From contig DICM01000002.1 of assembly GCA_002416285.1 (NCBI GenBank), positions 4,288 to 68,287 of the forward strand: a stretch of DNA of 64,000 nucleotides, written 5' to 3'. This DNA comes from Bacillales bacterium UBA5026. GTDB lineage: Bacteria; Bacillota_I; Bacilli_A; RF39; UBA660. A program made the position numbers and the translations under genes. Positions 62,820 to 64,000 of this stretch are shown piece by piece; the stretch's first letter is position 1; each line of letters starts with the position of its first letter. A model generated the notes under the pieces. The model had not been told where the DNA came from, searched no databases, and worked only from the letters and a program-made list of their open reading frames with translations.

Positions 62820-63955
62820 AAAAGTTTGTATTACCTATTTTATTAATGCTTTTTCTTTTTCCTCTAAAAGCAGGTGCGACCACAATATCATTTTTCTATG
62901 GGGAAGGATGTCCACACTGTGCCAAGGAAAAAACATTTTTAAAAGAATTACAGGAAGAATATCCTGATATTAAAATTGATTATTATGAGACTTGGTACAA
63001 TGAAGAGAACTCCGATTTATTAAAAAAAGTGAAGGAGAGTTTTTCGGAATATCATTCTTATGTTCCTTACACGGTTATTGGCAATAAGACATGGACAGGC
63101 TATCAAGAAACTGTCGAATCTGAAATTCGAAGTTATATAAAAGCTTGTCAATATAAAGAGTGTACGGATATTGTCGAGAAAGTAAAAGAAACTGGGGAAT
63201 CTGTAACCATCCAGCAGGACACTTCCCGTGAAACAGTAACCTTACCTGTATTTGGAACATTTAGTGTGAAAAAGGTAACCGTTCCGCTATTAGCTGTATT
63301 AATGGGATTCCTAGATGGATTTAATCCATGTGCAATGTGGGTATTATTATTTTTAATCAGCATGCTTCTTGGAATGAAGGATCGTAAGAAAATGTGGTTG
63401 TTAGGAAGTACTTTTATCGCTGGTTCTGGATTTATCTATTTCTTATTTTTAACATCTTGGCTAAAACTTGCAACAACCGTGAATCAGTTAATTATTTTAA
63501 GAATCTGTTTAGGAGGGTTTGCCGCTCTATTTGGTATTTATGAATTAGTTACCGCACTGCGTAAAAAAGAGGTTGGTTGTACCGTTACTAATCAAAAACA
63601 ACGCAAAAAAATTATGGGGCTTATTAAAAGATATCTTCATGAACAAAGTTTTGTATTAGCTTGTATTGGAATCTTATTCGTATCATTCCTTGTTAATTTA
63701 ATTGAATTTGCGTGTTCTGCCGGATTTCCTGTATTATTTACACAAATATTGTCTATGCTAAATTTTAATCAAGCAGAATCATTAGGACTAATATTAATCT
63801 ATATCCTATTTTATTTAATTGATGATATTATTGTATTTGTAATATCTATGAAGACATTAAAGGCATTTGGTATTTCTAACAAATGGCAAAAGTATACAAA
63901 ATTAATAAGTGGAATTCTATTAATAGTTGTAGCGCTATATCTGATTTTTCAATAA
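62816..63955 (+). CDS. exported thioredoxin-fold domain (CPHC) fused to a DsbD/CcdA-like 6-TM membrane domain
   Basis: Signal peptide MKKFVLPILLMLFLFPLKAGA, then FFYGEGCPHCAKEK. The TM domain has single Cys in GFNPCAMWVL and IEFACSAGFP, the DsbD_2-like two-Cys arrangement. ATGA overlap with the upstream gene. Confidence 0.55.
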   Translation: MKKFVLPILLMLFLFPLKAGATTISFFYGEGCPHCAKEKTFLKELQEEYPDIKIDYYETWYNEENSDLLKKVKESFSEYHSYVPYTVIGNKTWTGYQETVESEIRSYIKACQYKECTDIVEKVKETGESVTIQQDTSRETVTLPVFGTFSVKKVTVPLLAVLMGFLDGFNPCAMWVLLFLISMLLGMKDRKKMWLLGSTFIAGSGFIYFLFLTSWLKLATTVNQLIILRICLGGFAALFGIYELVTALRKKEVGCTVTNQKQRKKIMGLIKRYLHEQSFVLACIGILFVSFLVNLIEFACSAGFPVLFTQILSMLNFNQAESLGLILIYILFYLIDDIIVFVISMKTLKAFGISNKWQKYTKLISGILLIVVALYLIFQ

Positions 63956-64000
63956 ATATAATAAAAGCACTCTTTAAGGGATTGCTTTTTATTTTGTCCC

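Overview
AT-rich (about 30% GC by eye) chromosomal segment of a low-GC Gram-positive bacterium (Bacillota). The gene content and the KGFTLIELL-type pilin-like proteins suggest an Erysipelotrichales/Clostridia-like, probably spore-forming organism; this is a taxonomic guess only. I count about 60 credible protein genes and 6 tRNAs. There is no rRNA, no CRISPR array, and no transposase or integrase ORF.

Layout:
- 1-390: 3' end of a NUDIX gene.
- 1.0-14.4 kb: a Wzx/Wzy-type glycopolymer locus (acyltransferase, priming transferase, DUF4422, EpsG polymerase, three GT2, glf, ugd, flippase, LCP ligase).
- 14.5 kb: tRNA-Asn and tRNA-Glu.
- 14.8-16.8 kb: two adjacent SigE/SigK-like sigma genes, the first with an unusual C-terminal extension.
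- 17-19.2 kb: a nitroreductase and a membrane/papain-like/ArsC-Spx fusion ORF.
- 19.2-23.5 kb: a Phe T-box leader driving an alpha/beta-hydrolase plus pheS-pheT.
- 23.7-32 kb: an ATP-grasp orphan, tRNA-Leu, murT with a cysteine-free gatD homologue, a P-type ATPase, and yvcK.
- 32-36.8 kb: a small accessory patch next to tRNA-Thr(CGU). It holds a TfoX-N gene, an ART-like orphan, and a secreted metzincin operon bracketed by 77/78-bp direct repeats.
- 36.9-47.9 kb: housekeeping genes (tcdA, DUF368, AI-2E, a short alaS, tRNA-Val/Thr).
- 48-52 kb: mraY, class B PBP and a SEDS gene.
- 52.2-58 kb: the conserved spoIVFA/B-like - rplU - prp - rpmA - obg - truB block, with a CPBP protease and two micro-ORFs where Bacillus has spo0B.
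- 58.1-60.8 kb: two orphan pilin-like genes that share 5' and 3' ends.
- 60.9-64 kb: a cysteine desulfurase / pentapeptide / thioredoxin / Trx-DsbD-like module.

All functional calls come from motif recognition by eye. No database search was run.
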